In this document: positions 52,618-62,923 of the stretch, piece after piece
Layout: every line of letters begins with the position of its first letter
How positions within the stretch are numbered: position 1 is the first letter of the stretch
Source of the DNA: Candidatus Planktophila sp.
Lineage (GTDB): Bacteria > Actinomycetota > Actinomycetes > Nanopelagicales > Nanopelagicaceae
Direction of reading: 5' to 3'
DNA: 64,000 bases
NCBI GenBank assembly: GCA_040402415.1
Contig: JBBAMS010000006.1
Coordinates: forward strand, 214 to 64,213
Made by a program: the position numbers and the translations under genes
Notes under the pieces: generated by a model
The model's input: only the letters and a program-made list of their open reading frames with translations
Databases searched by the model: none
What the model was told of the DNA's origin: nothing

Positions 52618-54108
52618 TTAGTTTTGCGGGAAACCTAAGTTAATTCCGCCATGGCTTGGATCTAGCCAGCGGCTGGTAACAACTTTTCCACGAGTAAAGA
52701 AGTGGAAACCCTCACTGCCGTGCGCATGAGTATCGCCAAAGAGAGATGCTTTCCATCCGCCAAATGAGTAATAAGCAGCAGGCACAGGAATCGGTACGTT
52801 GATTCCAATCATTCCAACGTGAATTTCGTTCTGGAAACGTCGGGCCGCTCCCCCATCATTAGTGAAGATTGCAGTTCCGTTTCCGTAAATATGGCTATTA
52901 ATAAGGTTGATACCTTCTTCATATGACTGTACTCGCACAACACTGAGAACGGGTCCAAAGATTTCATCTCGGTAGATACTCATCGCCGGTTTAACATTAT
53001 CGAAGAGGGTTGGTCCGAGCCAGAATCCATTGGCAGCGCCATTGACTTGGGGGTTGCGACCATCGACAACAACAGTTGCGCCATCATTAATTCCGGCTTC
53101 AACATAACTTGCCACCTTGTCGCGGTGAACGCGGGTAACAAGAGGGCCCATGTCTGAGCCTTGTGTTCCATCACCCGTACTGAGTTTGAGCATACGTTCT
53201 TTGATCTTAGCGATGATTGCATCCGCGACAGGTTCTACGGCAACTAACACAGAGATCGCCATGCAGCGCTCTCCCGCCGACCCAAAGCCAGCATTGACTG
53301 CAGCATCGGCGGCAAGTTCAAGATCTGCATCAGGAAGAACGAGCATATGGTTCTTTGCACCACCGAGTGCTTGCACTCGCTTGCCATTCTTTGTCGCTGT
53401 TTCATATATATAACGAGCAATGGGAGTCGAACCTACAAATGAGATAGAGGCAATACCAGGGTGCGCCAGCATCGCATCTACGACAACTTTGTCACCATGA
53501 ACCACATTAAATACACCATCTGGTAACCCTGCCTGCTTCCACATTTCGGCGATGAGCATCGATGCAGAAGGATCTTTCTCGGAAGGTTTGATGATGACCG
53601 CGTTTCCTGCAGCGATTGCTACCGGGAAGAACCACATCGGAACCATGGCAGGGAAATTGAAGGGGGAGATAATTCCGACAACACCGAGCGGTTGGCGAAT
53701 CGAGTACACATCAATTCCATGAGAAACGCCTTCCGAATATCCACCTTTAAGTAGGTGTGGCAGACCGCAGGCAAATTCCACAACTTCCAATCCGCGGGTT
53801 ACTTCACCAAGCGCATCGCTGAGAACCTTGCCATGTTCGGAAGTGATGAGGGCAGCCACCTCTTCCTTACGCGCATTAAGAATCTCGCGAAATGCAAAGA
53901 GAACCTGAACTCGCTTTGTGAGTGATGTCTTTCCCCACTCGATGCCCGCCTTTGTAGCACATGCGACCGCCTCATCAAGAACTACCGGAGTTGCAAAGGC
54001 CACGTGCGCAGTTACTTCACCAGTTGCAGGATTGAAGATCTCTCCAGAGCGCTCGGATGCATTCGCGTACTGCGAGCCATTGATGTAATGGTTGATAGTT
54101 TTAGTCAC
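52618..54108 (-). CDS. mmsA: CoA-acylating (methyl)malonate-semialdehyde dehydrogenase
   Basis: PFNFPAMVPMW, KPSEKDP, FVGST, GGAKNH, GERCMA, EIFGP, GINVPIPVP. Confidence 0.93.
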   Translation of the reverse strand: MTKTINHYINGSQYANASERSGEIFNPATGEVTAHVAFATPVVLDEAVACATKAGIEWGKTSLTKRVQVLFAFREILNARKEEVAALITSEHGKVLSDALGEVTRGLEVVEFACGLPHLLKGGYSEGVSHGIDVYSIRQPLGVVGIISPFNFPAMVPMWFFPVAIAAGNAVIIKPSEKDPSASMLIAEMWKQAGLPDGVFNVVHGDKVVVDAMLAHPGIASISFVGSTPIARYIYETATKNGKRVQALGGAKNHMLVLPDADLELAADAAVNAGFGSAGERCMAISVLVAVEPVADAIIAKIKERMLKLSTGDGTQGSDMGPLVTRVHRDKVASYVEAGINDGATVVVDGRNPQVNGAANGFWLGPTLFDNVKPAMSIYRDEIFGPVLSVVRVQSYEEGINLINSHIYGNGTAIFTNDGGAARRFQNEIHVGMIGINVPIPVPAAYYSFGGWKASLFGDTHAHGSEGFHFFTRGKVVTSRWLDPSHGGINLGFPQN

Positions 54109-54114
54109 GAGTAC

Positions 54115-55473
54115 TTACTTATCGCTTCCTGTGTAGTGGTAAGAAATCGATGCAAATGCTTGATCCAAAATGGCAAATCCTTCTCGCACCTCGGCTTCAG
54201 AGACGTTGCAAGGAGGGCAGATATGTATTCTGTTGTAATTATTAAATGGCATTAGACCAAGCTTCTTGCACGCAGCAACCAGTTCGTTCATGGCAGGACT
54301 TGAAGCGCCGTAAGGAGCCAGAGGTGCACGGGTAGCTCGATCAGTAACTAGGTCGAGGGCCCAGAAGACACCCTGGCCGCGAACTTCACCAATTACTTTG
54401 TGTTTGCTCATGAGTTCCTGAAGGAGAGGCTTGATAACGCTCTCGCCAATCTGGGCTGCGTTTTCGACCATCTTCTCATCTGACATGACATCAAGGGTTG
54501 CCACCGCAGCAGCTGCTGCAAGAGGATGTCCGCTATAGGTGAGACCACCAGGAAATACTCGATCGTTAAATGTCGAAGCAATCTCATCACTAATAATTAC
54601 GCCACCGAGGGGAACATAACCACTAGTAACACCCTTAGCGAAGACGATGAGATCTGGTTCTGCTTTGCTATGTTGGTAGGCAAACCATTTACCCGTACGG
54701 CCAAATCCTGACATGACCTCGTCAGCAATCCATTTAATTCCATACTTGTCACAGAGTGCTCTCACGCCTTCAAGATATCCAAGCGGAGGGATAATCACAC
54801 CAGCAGTTCCAACTACTGATTCGATAAGAATCGCAGCAATCGTTGCAGGTCCTTCAAAGATGATGATCTGCTCGAGATGTTCCAGGGCACGCTTGCATTC
54901 TTCTTCTTCACTTTGTGCCCAGAATGCCGAACGGTAGAGATAGGGGCCGAAGAAGTGAACATGACCATATGCAAATTCATTGGGCCATCGTCGCGGATCA
55001 CCAGTTGCCGTGATAGCAGAGGTAGTGTTGCCGTGATAGCTGCGATAGAACGAGAGAACCTTGTGGCGATTGGTGTGAAGGCGCGTCATTCGAATTGCAT
55101 TCTCAACTGCATCCGCGCCACCGTTCGTAAAGAAAACCTTGTTGTGATGAGCACCAGCCCGGGCTGTAATGCGCTTGGCAGCCTCTCCACGTGCATCGTT
55201 TGCGTGTTGTGGTGCGACCGCTGTTAAGAGCGCAGCTTGTTCTTGAATCGCCTTCACAACCCTAGGATGTTGGAATCCGATATTGGTAAATACCAACTGA
55301 CATGAAAAGTCTAAATACTTCTTTCCCTCAAAATCCCAGAAGTAACTACCTTCTCCTCCGGCGACAGGAAGAGGAGAAATCTGTGATTGTGCAGACCATG
55401 AATGAAAGACATGGGCACGGTCGAGGTCAAAGACCTCTTTGCCACGTGCAGGATTTGCTGGAGGTTGAGTCAT
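54115..55473 (-). CDS. Class III PLP aminotransferase (omega-amino acid / beta-alanine:pyruvate type)
   Basis: VFHSWSAQ, SYHG, IADEVMSGFGRTG, FAKGVTSGY.PLG, GLTYSGHP. Confidence 0.88.
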   Translation of the reverse strand: MTQPPANPARGKEVFDLDRAHVFHSWSAQSQISPLPVAGGEGSYFWDFEGKKYLDFSCQLVFTNIGFQHPRVVKAIQEQAALLTAVAPQHANDARGEAAKRITARAGAHHNKVFFTNGGADAVENAIRMTRLHTNRHKVLSFYRSYHGNTTSAITATGDPRRWPNEFAYGHVHFFGPYLYRSAFWAQSEEEECKRALEHLEQIIIFEGPATIAAILIESVVGTAGVIIPPLGYLEGVRALCDKYGIKWIADEVMSGFGRTGKWFAYQHSKAEPDLIVFAKGVTSGYVPLGGVIISDEIASTFNDRVFPGGLTYSGHPLAAAAAVATLDVMSDEKMVENAAQIGESVIKPLLQELMSKHKVIGEVRGQGVFWALDLVTDRATRAPLAPYGASSPAMNELVAACKKLGLMPFNNYNRIHICPPCNVSEAEVREGFAILDQAFASISYHYTGSDK

Positions 55474-55505
55474 AGGACTATCTAATCAGGTAACTCGAGG
55501 GAAAG

Positions 55506-56375
55506 TCAGGATTCACTTCCTATGACAAGTGCTACACCTGCGGCGGTCATCACGATTCCAAGTATTTCCACAGGACTCACTTTTTCATGGAGGAGAATGA
55601 ATGCTTGCAACACAGCCATCGGTGGAACTAGAAAAAGCAGACTTGTAACCTTTGCGGCAGATCCTCTATTGAGCAGCCATAAAAGTAATAAGACTGCTGC
55701 GACAGAGGTGACTAACACCGCCCACGTCATCGCCCAGATAGAAGTATGTGTTACTTCAAATCTTGTCGTACCCCGAAGTACTGAGATAATTAGTAATCCC
55801 ACACCCACAATTGCAAATTGATAGGTCGTACCAATCATCAACGGAATCGAGTGACCAATCTTCTTCTGAAGCAAGGTAGCTATGGTGCTACCGGCAAGTG
55901 CCAGAAAGAGGAGAGCTAGAGTTTGCAAGGTAAAGCCACCAGACTGTGAAAGTTTAGGTAGCACGACAAGGATTACACCTGATAAGCCGCAGAAGAGTCC
56001 AACCAATTGTTTCTTGGTCAGGGGTTCGCCGAGTAAGCGCACGGCTAGGAGTGATACAACGATTGGTTGCATGCTGGTGATTACCGAAGATAGTCCTGAT
56101 GGTGCGCCCCGTTCGATTGCATACCAAACACCTGACAAATAAAGACCGTGCAGGGCAACTCCGATAGCGATGGAGGCAAGTAGATCTCTGCCAGATAATC
56201 GAACCGGTTGCTGTAGCGCTAGTGTGAGAATAAGCAATATTGCAGTTGCGAGCAAGAGGCGTATTGCCAAGAAATAGAGAGCATCCGCATCTTTAAATGC
56301 ATAGCGAGCAACGATAAAACCCGAACTCCAAATAACGATGAAGAACCAAGGAGCCGCAGAAACTATTCGCTTCAT
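55506..56375 (-). CDS. EamA/DMT family transporter
   Basis: IWSSGF, MQP, LGEPL, GSAAKVTSLLFLVPP; about 10 TM segments. Confidence 0.88.
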   Translation of the reverse strand: MKRIVSAAPWFFIVIWSSGFIVARYAFKDADALYFLAIRLLLATAILLILTLALQQPVRLSGRDLLASIAIGVALHGLYLSGVWYAIERGAPSGLSSVITSMQPIVVSLLAVRLLGEPLTKKQLVGLFCGLSGVILVVLPKLSQSGGFTLQTLALLFLALAGSTIATLLQKKIGHSIPLMIGTTYQFAIVGVGLLIISVLRGTTRFEVTHTSIWAMTWAVLVTSVAAVLLLLWLLNRGSAAKVTSLLFLVPPMAVLQAFILLHEKVSPVEILGIVMTAAGVALVIGSES

Positions 56376-56399
56376 GCGGTTGAGCCTATCTAAACGGCG

Positions 56400-56804
56400 T
56401 TAGTGAGAAGTAGAAATGATTGGCTTCTCGTACTCAGTTACCATTCCAATAATGCTCAAGACAAGAGAGCCTAAAGCGATAAGTGTGAGCCACCAACCGA
56501 TGATTAGACCTAATCCCATCGCGGTAGCGCTGAGTGCAACAGGGAGAGGCCACCAAGAATGTGGGCTATAAAAACCGAGCTCACCTGCATCATCTGCAAT
56601 TTCGGCGAGATCATTATCTGCCGGCATCGCTGTTCCGATGCGCTTTTGTGTAAACCAGACATAGAAGCCGATCATGCCTGCAAGGCAGGCGGCAAGAGTC
56701 ATGCCGGTGATACCAACGGCTTCTCCTCCTACCGAGTAATAGATGACTGCCATAAGAACATAAAAAAATGAAAGTCCTGTAAAGAGTTTCCAATTGGCTT
56801 TCAT
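56400..56804 (-). CDS. ctaF: Cytochrome c oxidase subunit 4 (actinobacterial)
   Basis: AEIADDAGELGFYSPHSWWP; follows ctaD. Confidence 0.92.
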   Translation of the reverse strand: MKANWKLFTGLSFFYVLMAVIYYSVGGEAVGITGMTLAACLAGMIGFYVWFTQKRIGTAMPADNDLAEIADDAGELGFYSPHSWWPLPVALSATAMGLGLIIGWWLTLIALGSLVLSIIGMVTEYEKPIISTSH

Positions 56805-56806
56805 AG

Positions 56807-58465
56807 TTAGTGGATCTCTGTCGTGATATGAGGATGGTGAAGATCGAATGCTGGGCGCTCTGATCGAATTCGTGGCATTGAGGTGAAGTTATGGCGAGGT
56901 GGTGGACATGATGTTGCCCATTCAAGTGATGATCCGTAGCCCCAAGGATCATCGACTTCTACCTTGGGAGAATTACGAGTGATCCACACATTGACAAAGA
57001 ATGGGATCATAGAAAGCGCTAAGAGGAATGAACCGACTGTTGAAATCATATTCATACCAGTGAAGCCATCAGTCGATAGGTAGTCGGCATAGCGACGAGG
57101 AAAGCCCTTAATTCCAAGCCAGTGTTGGATAAGGAATGTGAGATGGAAACCGAAGAAGAGAGTCCAGAAGTGGATTTTTCCAAGACGTTCATTGAGCATA
57201 CGACCGGTCATCTTGGGCCACCAGAAGTAGAAACCGGCGAACATCGCAAAGACCACAGTTCCGAAGAGAACGTAATGAAAGTGCGCAACGACAAAGTAAG
57301 AAGCAGATACGGCAAAGTCCATCGGAGGAGATGCAAGAATTATTCCTGTCAGTCCACCGAAGAGGAATGTGACGAGGAAGCCCATAACCCATAACATCGG
57401 TGTCTCAAAAGTGACGTGGCCACGCCACATGGTGCCTATCCAGTTGAAGAACTTCACACCTGTTGGCACACCGATAAGGAATGTCATAAAGGAGAAGAAG
57501 GGCAGAAGTACTTTTCCCGATGCAAACATGTGGTGAGCCCATACGGCAACAGATAGCGCTGAAATTGCGATTGTTGCTGCTATCAGACCCTTGTAACCAA
57601 AGATTGGTTTGCGGCTAAATACCGGCAAGATCTCAGTTGCGATTCCGAAGAATGGCAGCGCAAGGATGTAGACCTCGGGATGGCCGAAGAACCAGAACAA
57701 GTGTTGCCACAACATCGCTCCACCATTTGCCGGATCGAAGAGATGGGTACCAAAGAGTCGATCGGATTCAAGTCCAAAGAGGGCTGCTGCAAAGGGTGGG
57801 AAGGCAAGGAGTACCAAGATTGATGTCAGCAATACATTCCACGAGAAGATCGACATACGGAACATCGTCATGCCCGGTGCGCGCATCGTAAAGATTGTTG
57901 TAATGAAGTTAACGCCACCAAGGATTGTTCCCAGACCTGAAATTGCAAGACCCATGACCCATAGATCTCCACCGATACCAGGTGAGTACGTCGAGTTAGC
58001 GAGTGGTGCGTACGCAGTCCATCCAAATGATGCTGCTCCCCCTGGAGTTACAAACCCGATGGTTGCTTCAATAGAGCCAAAGAAGTAGAGCCAATACGAA
58101 AGCATATTCAAACGCGGGAATGCAACGTCTGCCGCACCGATCTGAAGGGGCATGATGACGTTGGCAAAACCAATAAAGAGCGGTGTTGCAAACATCAGTA
58201 ACATAATCGTTCCGTGCATTGTGAAAATCTGGTTGTACTGCTCGACGCTGAGAAATTGCAGGCCGGGACGAGCAAGCTCGATACGGAGCAATAGGGCTAA
58301 GACTCCACCGATGAGGAACCAGCTAAATGATGTCGCAAGGTAGAGATAACCGATGCGCTTGTGGTCAGTTGATGTGATTGTCTTAACGAATTGGCTACCA
58401 CGCGAAGTTTTTTCAACTCCTAGGCGAGGTACTACGGTTGTGGGACGGTCTGCCATTAAGGTCAT
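56807..58465 (-). CDS. ctaD: Cytochrome aa3 oxidase subunit I (A1 type)
   Basis: [52 protein letters not shown]. Confidence 0.98.
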   Translation of the reverse strand: MTLMADRPTTVVPRLGVEKTSRGSQFVKTITSTDHKRIGYLYLATSFSWFLIGGVLALLLRIELARPGLQFLSVEQYNQIFTMHGTIMLLMFATPLFIGFANVIMPLQIGAADVAFPRLNMLSYWLYFFGSIEATIGFVTPGGAASFGWTAYAPLANSTYSPGIGGDLWVMGLAISGLGTILGGVNFITTIFTMRAPGMTMFRMSIFSWNVLLTSILVLLAFPPFAAALFGLESDRLFGTHLFDPANGGAMLWQHLFWFFGHPEVYILALPFFGIATEILPVFSRKPIFGYKGLIAATIAISALSVAVWAHHMFASGKVLLPFFSFMTFLIGVPTGVKFFNWIGTMWRGHVTFETPMLWVMGFLVTFLFGGLTGIILASPPMDFAVSASYFVVAHFHYVLFGTVVFAMFAGFYFWWPKMTGRMLNERLGKIHFWTLFFGFHLTFLIQHWLGIKGFPRRYADYLSTDGFTGMNMISTVGSFLLALSMIPFFVNVWITRNSPKVEVDDPWGYGSSLEWATSCPPPRHNFTSMPRIRSERPAFDLHHPHITTEIH

Positions 58466-59235
58466 GCTGCACTCGCCTTCAAGGTCTCAAGATATGACTG
58501 ATACTGCGCTGGGGTTACTACTTTGACTGTAAAGAGCATCTGAGAGTGGTTACGTCCACAGAGGATGTTGCATCGTCCCGGGTATTCACCGAGTTTATTG
58601 GCTGTAAATTGCAGATGATTTGTCTCCCCCGGAAGATTCTGCATTTGAATCATAAATGCTGGAATCCAAAAGCCATGGATAACATCGTGAGAGGTCAAAG
58701 TAAATCCAACCTTCTCGCCCATCGGAAGATAGAGAGTTGGCGGCTTAGCCGGAATCCCTGTTACAACAGCCTTTTGTCCCGCTTCAGGATATGAAAATTG
58801 CCACGACCATTGAAAACCCTGGACCGATATCTCGTGTTTTACAGGCCCAGTTTTATCTGTGATTTTATTTTCCTTCACAGCCGTGAAGTAGAAAAGGACG
58901 GCGACAATCATGAAAGGGATGATCGTGTAGAGGATTTCAACCGGAATGTTGTATTGCGTTTGTTTTGGAAACTCACCCTTGCTTGCATGCGCACGATGGA
59001 ATACAGCCGGCCATAAAATCAGAGTTAAGGTGATAACACCTACGACGCCAGCTGCGATCCATGAGTACTGCCAGAGTGAGAGCGAAATGTCGGAAACGCT
59101 TGATATGCCTTTAGGAAAACCTAGCCCCGAAATATCCTTAGATTGAAATGAGCATCCGCTCAACAGCAGAAGTGCAGGTGCAAGAAGCGCCGCGACTCGA
59201 ACTGGGCGCCAATTGCGCGAAGAGGCAGATGTCAT
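58462..59235 (-). CDS. ctaC: Cytochrome aa3 oxidase subunit II (lipoprotein)
   Basis: Lipobox LLLSGC, QWSWQF, DVIHGFW, CuA motif [12 protein letters not shown]. Confidence 0.95.
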   Translation of the reverse strand: MTSASSRNWRPVRVAALLAPALLLLSGCSFQSKDISGLGFPKGISSVSDISLSLWQYSWIAAGVVGVITLTLILWPAVFHRAHASKGEFPKQTQYNIPVEILYTIIPFMIVAVLFYFTAVKENKITDKTGPVKHEISVQGFQWSWQFSYPEAGQKAVVTGIPAKPPTLYLPMGEKVGFTLTSHDVIHGFWIPAFMIQMQNLPGETNHLQFTANKLGEYPGRCNILCGRNHSQMLFTVKVVTPAQYQSYLETLKASAA

Positions 59236-59294
59236 AGAGCTAAGGATAGTGGCGCAGAGTGCATGCGCTCGCCGGAGCGAGTAGCGTTCATCCG

Positions 59295-60341
59295 GTGGTT
59301 CGTGTCACAGGAAATTTCACATCAGAGAGCCCACTTCATCCTGCCGCCAGAACGGCTCTATTAGCCTCTTTTGACCAAGGGTGGGCCGATCCGAAGAAGC
59401 TTTCTCAGAACTCTGCGAAGGCGGCAATTCTTCGCAATCAATCCTTAGAAAATATCGCATCTCGCCTCGGTATCCGATCCGATGGTATTGAGATTTTAGG
59501 TGAGCCAGCGCTAGGTCACTTCTTAGGGATAACCGGACTTCTCAATGGCGACTCAACTCTTGTTTACTCAGCCATTGACAAGGGAAAAATTCGTGCAATA
59601 GCTCGCGCACATCAAGGTCGAAAGATTGAACTTGCAGTCACCCATGAAGGTGCCATCGAAGTTCTCACACCATTTGAATCAGGAACAGTTCTATCCCTGC
59701 AACTCGCAAACTCTGAAACTGGAGTTGTACAAGATTGCGTAGAACCCACTTCTGGCCAAAGCCTGATTGCAATTGATGCAACGGCATCCGGTCCCCGAGT
59801 ACCTCTGCCTGCGCGCTGGGATACTGCGCTCTTTGATGCAACATCTTGGAATGGGCCATCTGGACTTGCGATTCTTGCCATCAACAACACCACAGCATTC
59901 TCATATCCACTGCCACATATAGCTCCTATTAAATCCCCTGGAACGTATTCATTGCCACTACTTATTGCCGCATCCGTTGCGCTAGAGAATTTCCAAGTAG
60001 AAGATACTGCTCTGCGAAAATATGCAATCGAGAGTTTGGGGCTTCTTCCTGGACTTGAGGTTGTAGCACCTAACGCCAAGGCTCTTCCCCACATTTTCTC
60101 CTGTGTGATTTCAGAAGTTGCTGGTGAGTATTTGGTTCGGGAATTAGCGCAAAGAGGTGTCGATATTGATTCTGGATCGGCATGCACCCCTGAGGATCTT
60201 CAACCTAGCCATGTATTAGCCTCGATGGGATATGCGACCGAAGGACACTTACGTTTTACTATGTATTCAGATACAACAGAAGGCGATATTGATTACTTAA
60301 CACAATCAATTACAGAGGTTATTGCAGAGTTAAGCAGGTAA
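59295..60341 (+). CDS. Cysteine desulfurase (IscS/NifS)-like protein, degenerate
   Basis: PLHP, GWADP, ANSETGVVQ, SGSACT..PSHVL.SMG, LRF; the PLP-lysine motif is absent. Start GTG 59295 (TAGCGT 7 nt upstream). Confidence 0.75.
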   Translation: MVRVTGNFTSESPLHPAARTALLASFDQGWADPKKLSQNSAKAAILRNQSLENIASRLGIRSDGIEILGEPALGHFLGITGLLNGDSTLVYSAIDKGKIRAIARAHQGRKIELAVTHEGAIEVLTPFESGTVLSLQLANSETGVVQDCVEPTSGQSLIAIDATASGPRVPLPARWDTALFDATSWNGPSGLAILAINNTTAFSYPLPHIAPIKSPGTYSLPLLIAASVALENFQVEDTALRKYAIESLGLLPGLEVVAPNAKALPHIFSCVISEVAGEYLVRELAQRGVDIDSGSACTPEDLQPSHVLASMGYATEGHLRFTMYSDTTEGDIDYLTQSITEVIAELSR

Positions 60342-61307
60342 ATATTCTGAAATATCTGAGGCAGCAGCATCCCCGTATGCATCTTTAAACCGGCCAATAA
60401 ATTCCTCGTGTGTAAAGCGATACTCCTGAGTGCCAGTTGTCTCAATGACATAAGTTGCAATCATAGAACCAAGCTGGGCGCACCGTTCAAGAGATAATCC
60501 CCAAGCAAGCCCTGCCACAAATCCCGACCGAAATGAATCTCCTACCCCTGTGGGATCTACCCTTGCTTTTTCTTGTGCACAACCAACTTTAATAAATGTT
60601 CCATCGGTACTTTCAATACGTGCACCTTCAGAACCGACAGTGACGATGCGGTACTTCACTTGTTTTAGAATCTCATAATCGCTCCATCCAGTTTTCTGGA
60701 TAGCAAGTGCAAGTTCATATTCATTCATAAATAGATAGGTTGCCCCAGAGATTAATCTCTTAATCTCATCACCGTTGAGGCGCGCCATTTGCTGTGATGG
60801 ATCTGCAGCGACAGCTACTCCCATGGCTAGCGCGACTTCAGTATGTCGCAGCATCGCCTCGGGGTCATCGGGAGATACGACAAGAATGTCGAGAATACCG
60901 ACCTTATCCATAATGGGTTTGAGTTTGATATTGCGAGCTTCCGACATTGCTCCGGGAAAGAATGATGCAATCTGATTTAGCTCAGTATCTGTAGTAACTG
61001 TGAAATGGGCAGTGTGCTGTTCGGTGGAAACCAGTGCATGCGATGTATCAACTCCATGGCGCGTCAGCCACGCGTCGTAATCTGCGAAATCTTTTCCAAC
61101 TGCCGCAATCAATATTGGGTTCAGGCCAAGTACGCCAAGTCCAAAGGCAATATTGGCAGCACACCCGCCGCGGCGAACTTGAAGTCCATCAACGAGAAAT
61201 GAGAGTGAAACTTTCTCCAGTGATCCAGCAACAAGTGAATCGGTGAACTTTCCAGGAAAGGTCATCAAGTGATCGAGACCCACTGAACCCGCAACACCAA
61301 TTTTCAT
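60330..61307 (-). CDS. adoK: PfkB family kinase, actinobacterial adenosine kinase
   Basis: GSVGLDHLMTFPGKF, SLSFLVD, GGCAANIA, DPSQQ, DPTGVGDSFR; Rv2202c-like synteny. Confidence 0.9.
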   Translation of the reverse strand: MKIGVAGSVGLDHLMTFPGKFTDSLVAGSLEKVSLSFLVDGLQVRRGGCAANIAFGLGVLGLNPILIAAVGKDFADYDAWLTRHGVDTSHALVSTEQHTAHFTVTTDTELNQIASFFPGAMSEARNIKLKPIMDKVGILDILVVSPDDPEAMLRHTEVALAMGVAVAADPSQQMARLNGDEIKRLISGATYLFMNEYELALAIQKTGWSDYEILKQVKYRIVTVGSEGARIESTDGTFIKVGCAQEKARVDPTGVGDSFRSGFVAGLAWGLSLERCAQLGSMIATYVIETTGTQEYRFTHEEFIGRFKDAYGDAAASDISEYLPA

Positions 61308-61346
61308 AGCTGGAATCTAACTACAGCCGTAGTGATTTAAAGGCTA

Positions 61347-61709
61347 TTAGTTAAATGAATCGCCGCATGCACATGAACCCGATGCATTTGGATTATCGAT
61401 TGTGAAGCCCTGCTTCTCGATCGTGTCAACGAAATCAATTGATGCGCCCATAAGGTAAGAATCGCTCATCTTGTCTACGACAACCTTGACTGCACCGAAT
61501 TCGCGAGTGACATCGCCGTCCTGATTGCGATCATCAAAGTAGAGCTGGTACTTCAGGCCTGAGCAGCCACCTGGTTGAACCGCAACACGAAGATAGAGGT
61601 CGTCGCGACCCTCTTGTGCCAGAAGAGCAGAAACCTTTGCTGCTGCGACATCAGTCAGAGTGATTCCGGTTGTGATCTCGACTGGAGTTGTAGTTGTTTC
61701 AGTAGTCAT
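61347..61709 (-). CDS. A-type Fe-S cluster carrier (HesB/IscA/ErpA family)
   Basis: GGCSGLKY, GFTIDNPNA..SCACGDSF. Confidence 0.96.
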   Translation of the reverse strand: MTTETTTTPVEITTGITLTDVAAAKVSALLAQEGRDDLYLRVAVQPGGCSGLKYQLYFDDRNQDGDVTREFGAVKVVVDKMSDSYLMGASIDFVDTIEKQGFTIDNPNASGSCACGDSFN

Positions 61710-61769
61710 GTGGTTAAGAATACCCGCGTCGGGTTGCTCTGGCTAACCCAAAGGCGTGAGAATACGCAT

Positions 61770-62915
61770 ATGTCTATCAGCCTCAGTGAACTCCTAATTC
61801 TAGGCCAAGGCTCTGATCTGGCATCTGAGCGCGGAGTCTCATGCTCTGGCGAACTTCCACCTGCGAGTGACCCACATCTTGTTGAACGAGCAATTGCTGC
61901 AAGGGCCGCTCTTGGTTCTCGCGCCCTTATCTTGGGCCATCACTATCAGCGTGATGAAGTAATTCAATTCGCTGATATCACTGGAGATTCATTTAAGTTG
62001 GCACAATCTGCGGCGGCTCAGAGCGAGGCTGAATTCATCTTCTTCTGCGGTGTGCACTTCATGGCAGAAAGTGCTGACATCCTTACTTCATCGAAGCAGC
62101 GAGTAATCCTTCCTGATCTTGCAGCCGGGTGTTCGATGGCTGATATGGCCACAGCCAATCAAGTCAATCAATGCTGGAAAGATCTTGAACGCATCTGCGT
62201 TGCTTCACGAACTGTGCCTGTCACTTATATGAATTCATCTGCTGCAATAAAAAGTTTCACTGGCGAACATGGCGGAACCATCTGTACATCATCAAATGCG
62301 CAGAAGAGTTTGGAATGGGCATTTGCGAAGGCAGAAAAGGTTCTCTTCCTTCCAGATCAACACCTTGGTCGCAATACAGCGGTTCTTTCCTTAGGGCTGT
62401 CGATAGATGATTGTGTTCTCTGGAATCCATGGAAGCCAATGGGTGGGCTCACAGAGGATCAAATTCGAGGCGCAAAAATGATTCTGTGGCGTGGCCACTG
62501 CTCTGTGCACGGTCGCTTCACTCGCGAGACTGTCGATGAAGTTCGCCTTCGGATTCCAGACGTACAAGTAATCGTGCATCCAGAATGCCAACATGAGGTA
62601 GTTCTCGCTGCTGATGTTGTAGGCAGTACCGAAAAGATTATTCAAACCGTCACTTCATCCGCTGCTGGTAGCAAGTGGGCAATTGGAACTGAGCTCAATC
62701 TTGTCTCGCGCCTTGCGCAGAGCAATCCGGATAAGGAGGTTGTCTTCCTTGATAAGACAGTCTGCTACTGCTCCACGATGAATCGCATCGACCTTCCACA
62801 TCTTGTTTGGGCGATGGAATCAATCGTTGCGGGGCATATCGTCAATGAAATCAGGGTCGATGAGCGTGTGGCTAAATATTCAAAGTTAGCGCTCGAGCAG
62901 ATGCTCGCTCTATAG
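61770..62915 (+). CDS. nadA: Quinolinate synthase A
   Basis: LGHHYQR, GDSFKL, CGVHFMAE, AGCSMAD, YMNS, CTSSNA, PDQHLG, CSVH, HPEC, GST, CSTM. Start ATG 61770. Confidence 0.97.
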   Translation: MSISLSELLILGQGSDLASERGVSCSGELPPASDPHLVERAIAARAALGSRALILGHHYQRDEVIQFADITGDSFKLAQSAAAQSEAEFIFFCGVHFMAESADILTSSKQRVILPDLAAGCSMADMATANQVNQCWKDLERICVASRTVPVTYMNSSAAIKSFTGEHGGTICTSSNAQKSLEWAFAKAEKVLFLPDQHLGRNTAVLSLGLSIDDCVLWNPWKPMGGLTEDQIRGAKMILWRGHCSVHGRFTRETVDEVRLRIPDVQVIVHPECQHEVVLAADVVGSTEKIIQTVTSSAAGSKWAIGTELNLVSRLAQSNPDKEVVFLDKTVCYCSTMNRIDLPHLVWAMESIVAGHIVNEIRVDERVAKYSKLALEQMLAL

Positions 62916-62923
62916 TTCGACAC

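Noticed and set aside
59612-60187. 191-aa antisense ORF, and the many other 60-160 aa shadow ORFs in the track
   Set aside because: They lie within well-supported genes and have no recognisable motifs, as expected for antisense or alternate frames.
61575-61769. Long N-terminal extensions of nadA (also rel, the permease, DMT, pgsA, MBL and HIT)
   Set aside because: They overlap neighbouring genes; downstream starts, mostly with SD or -10 signals, fit the family N-termini.
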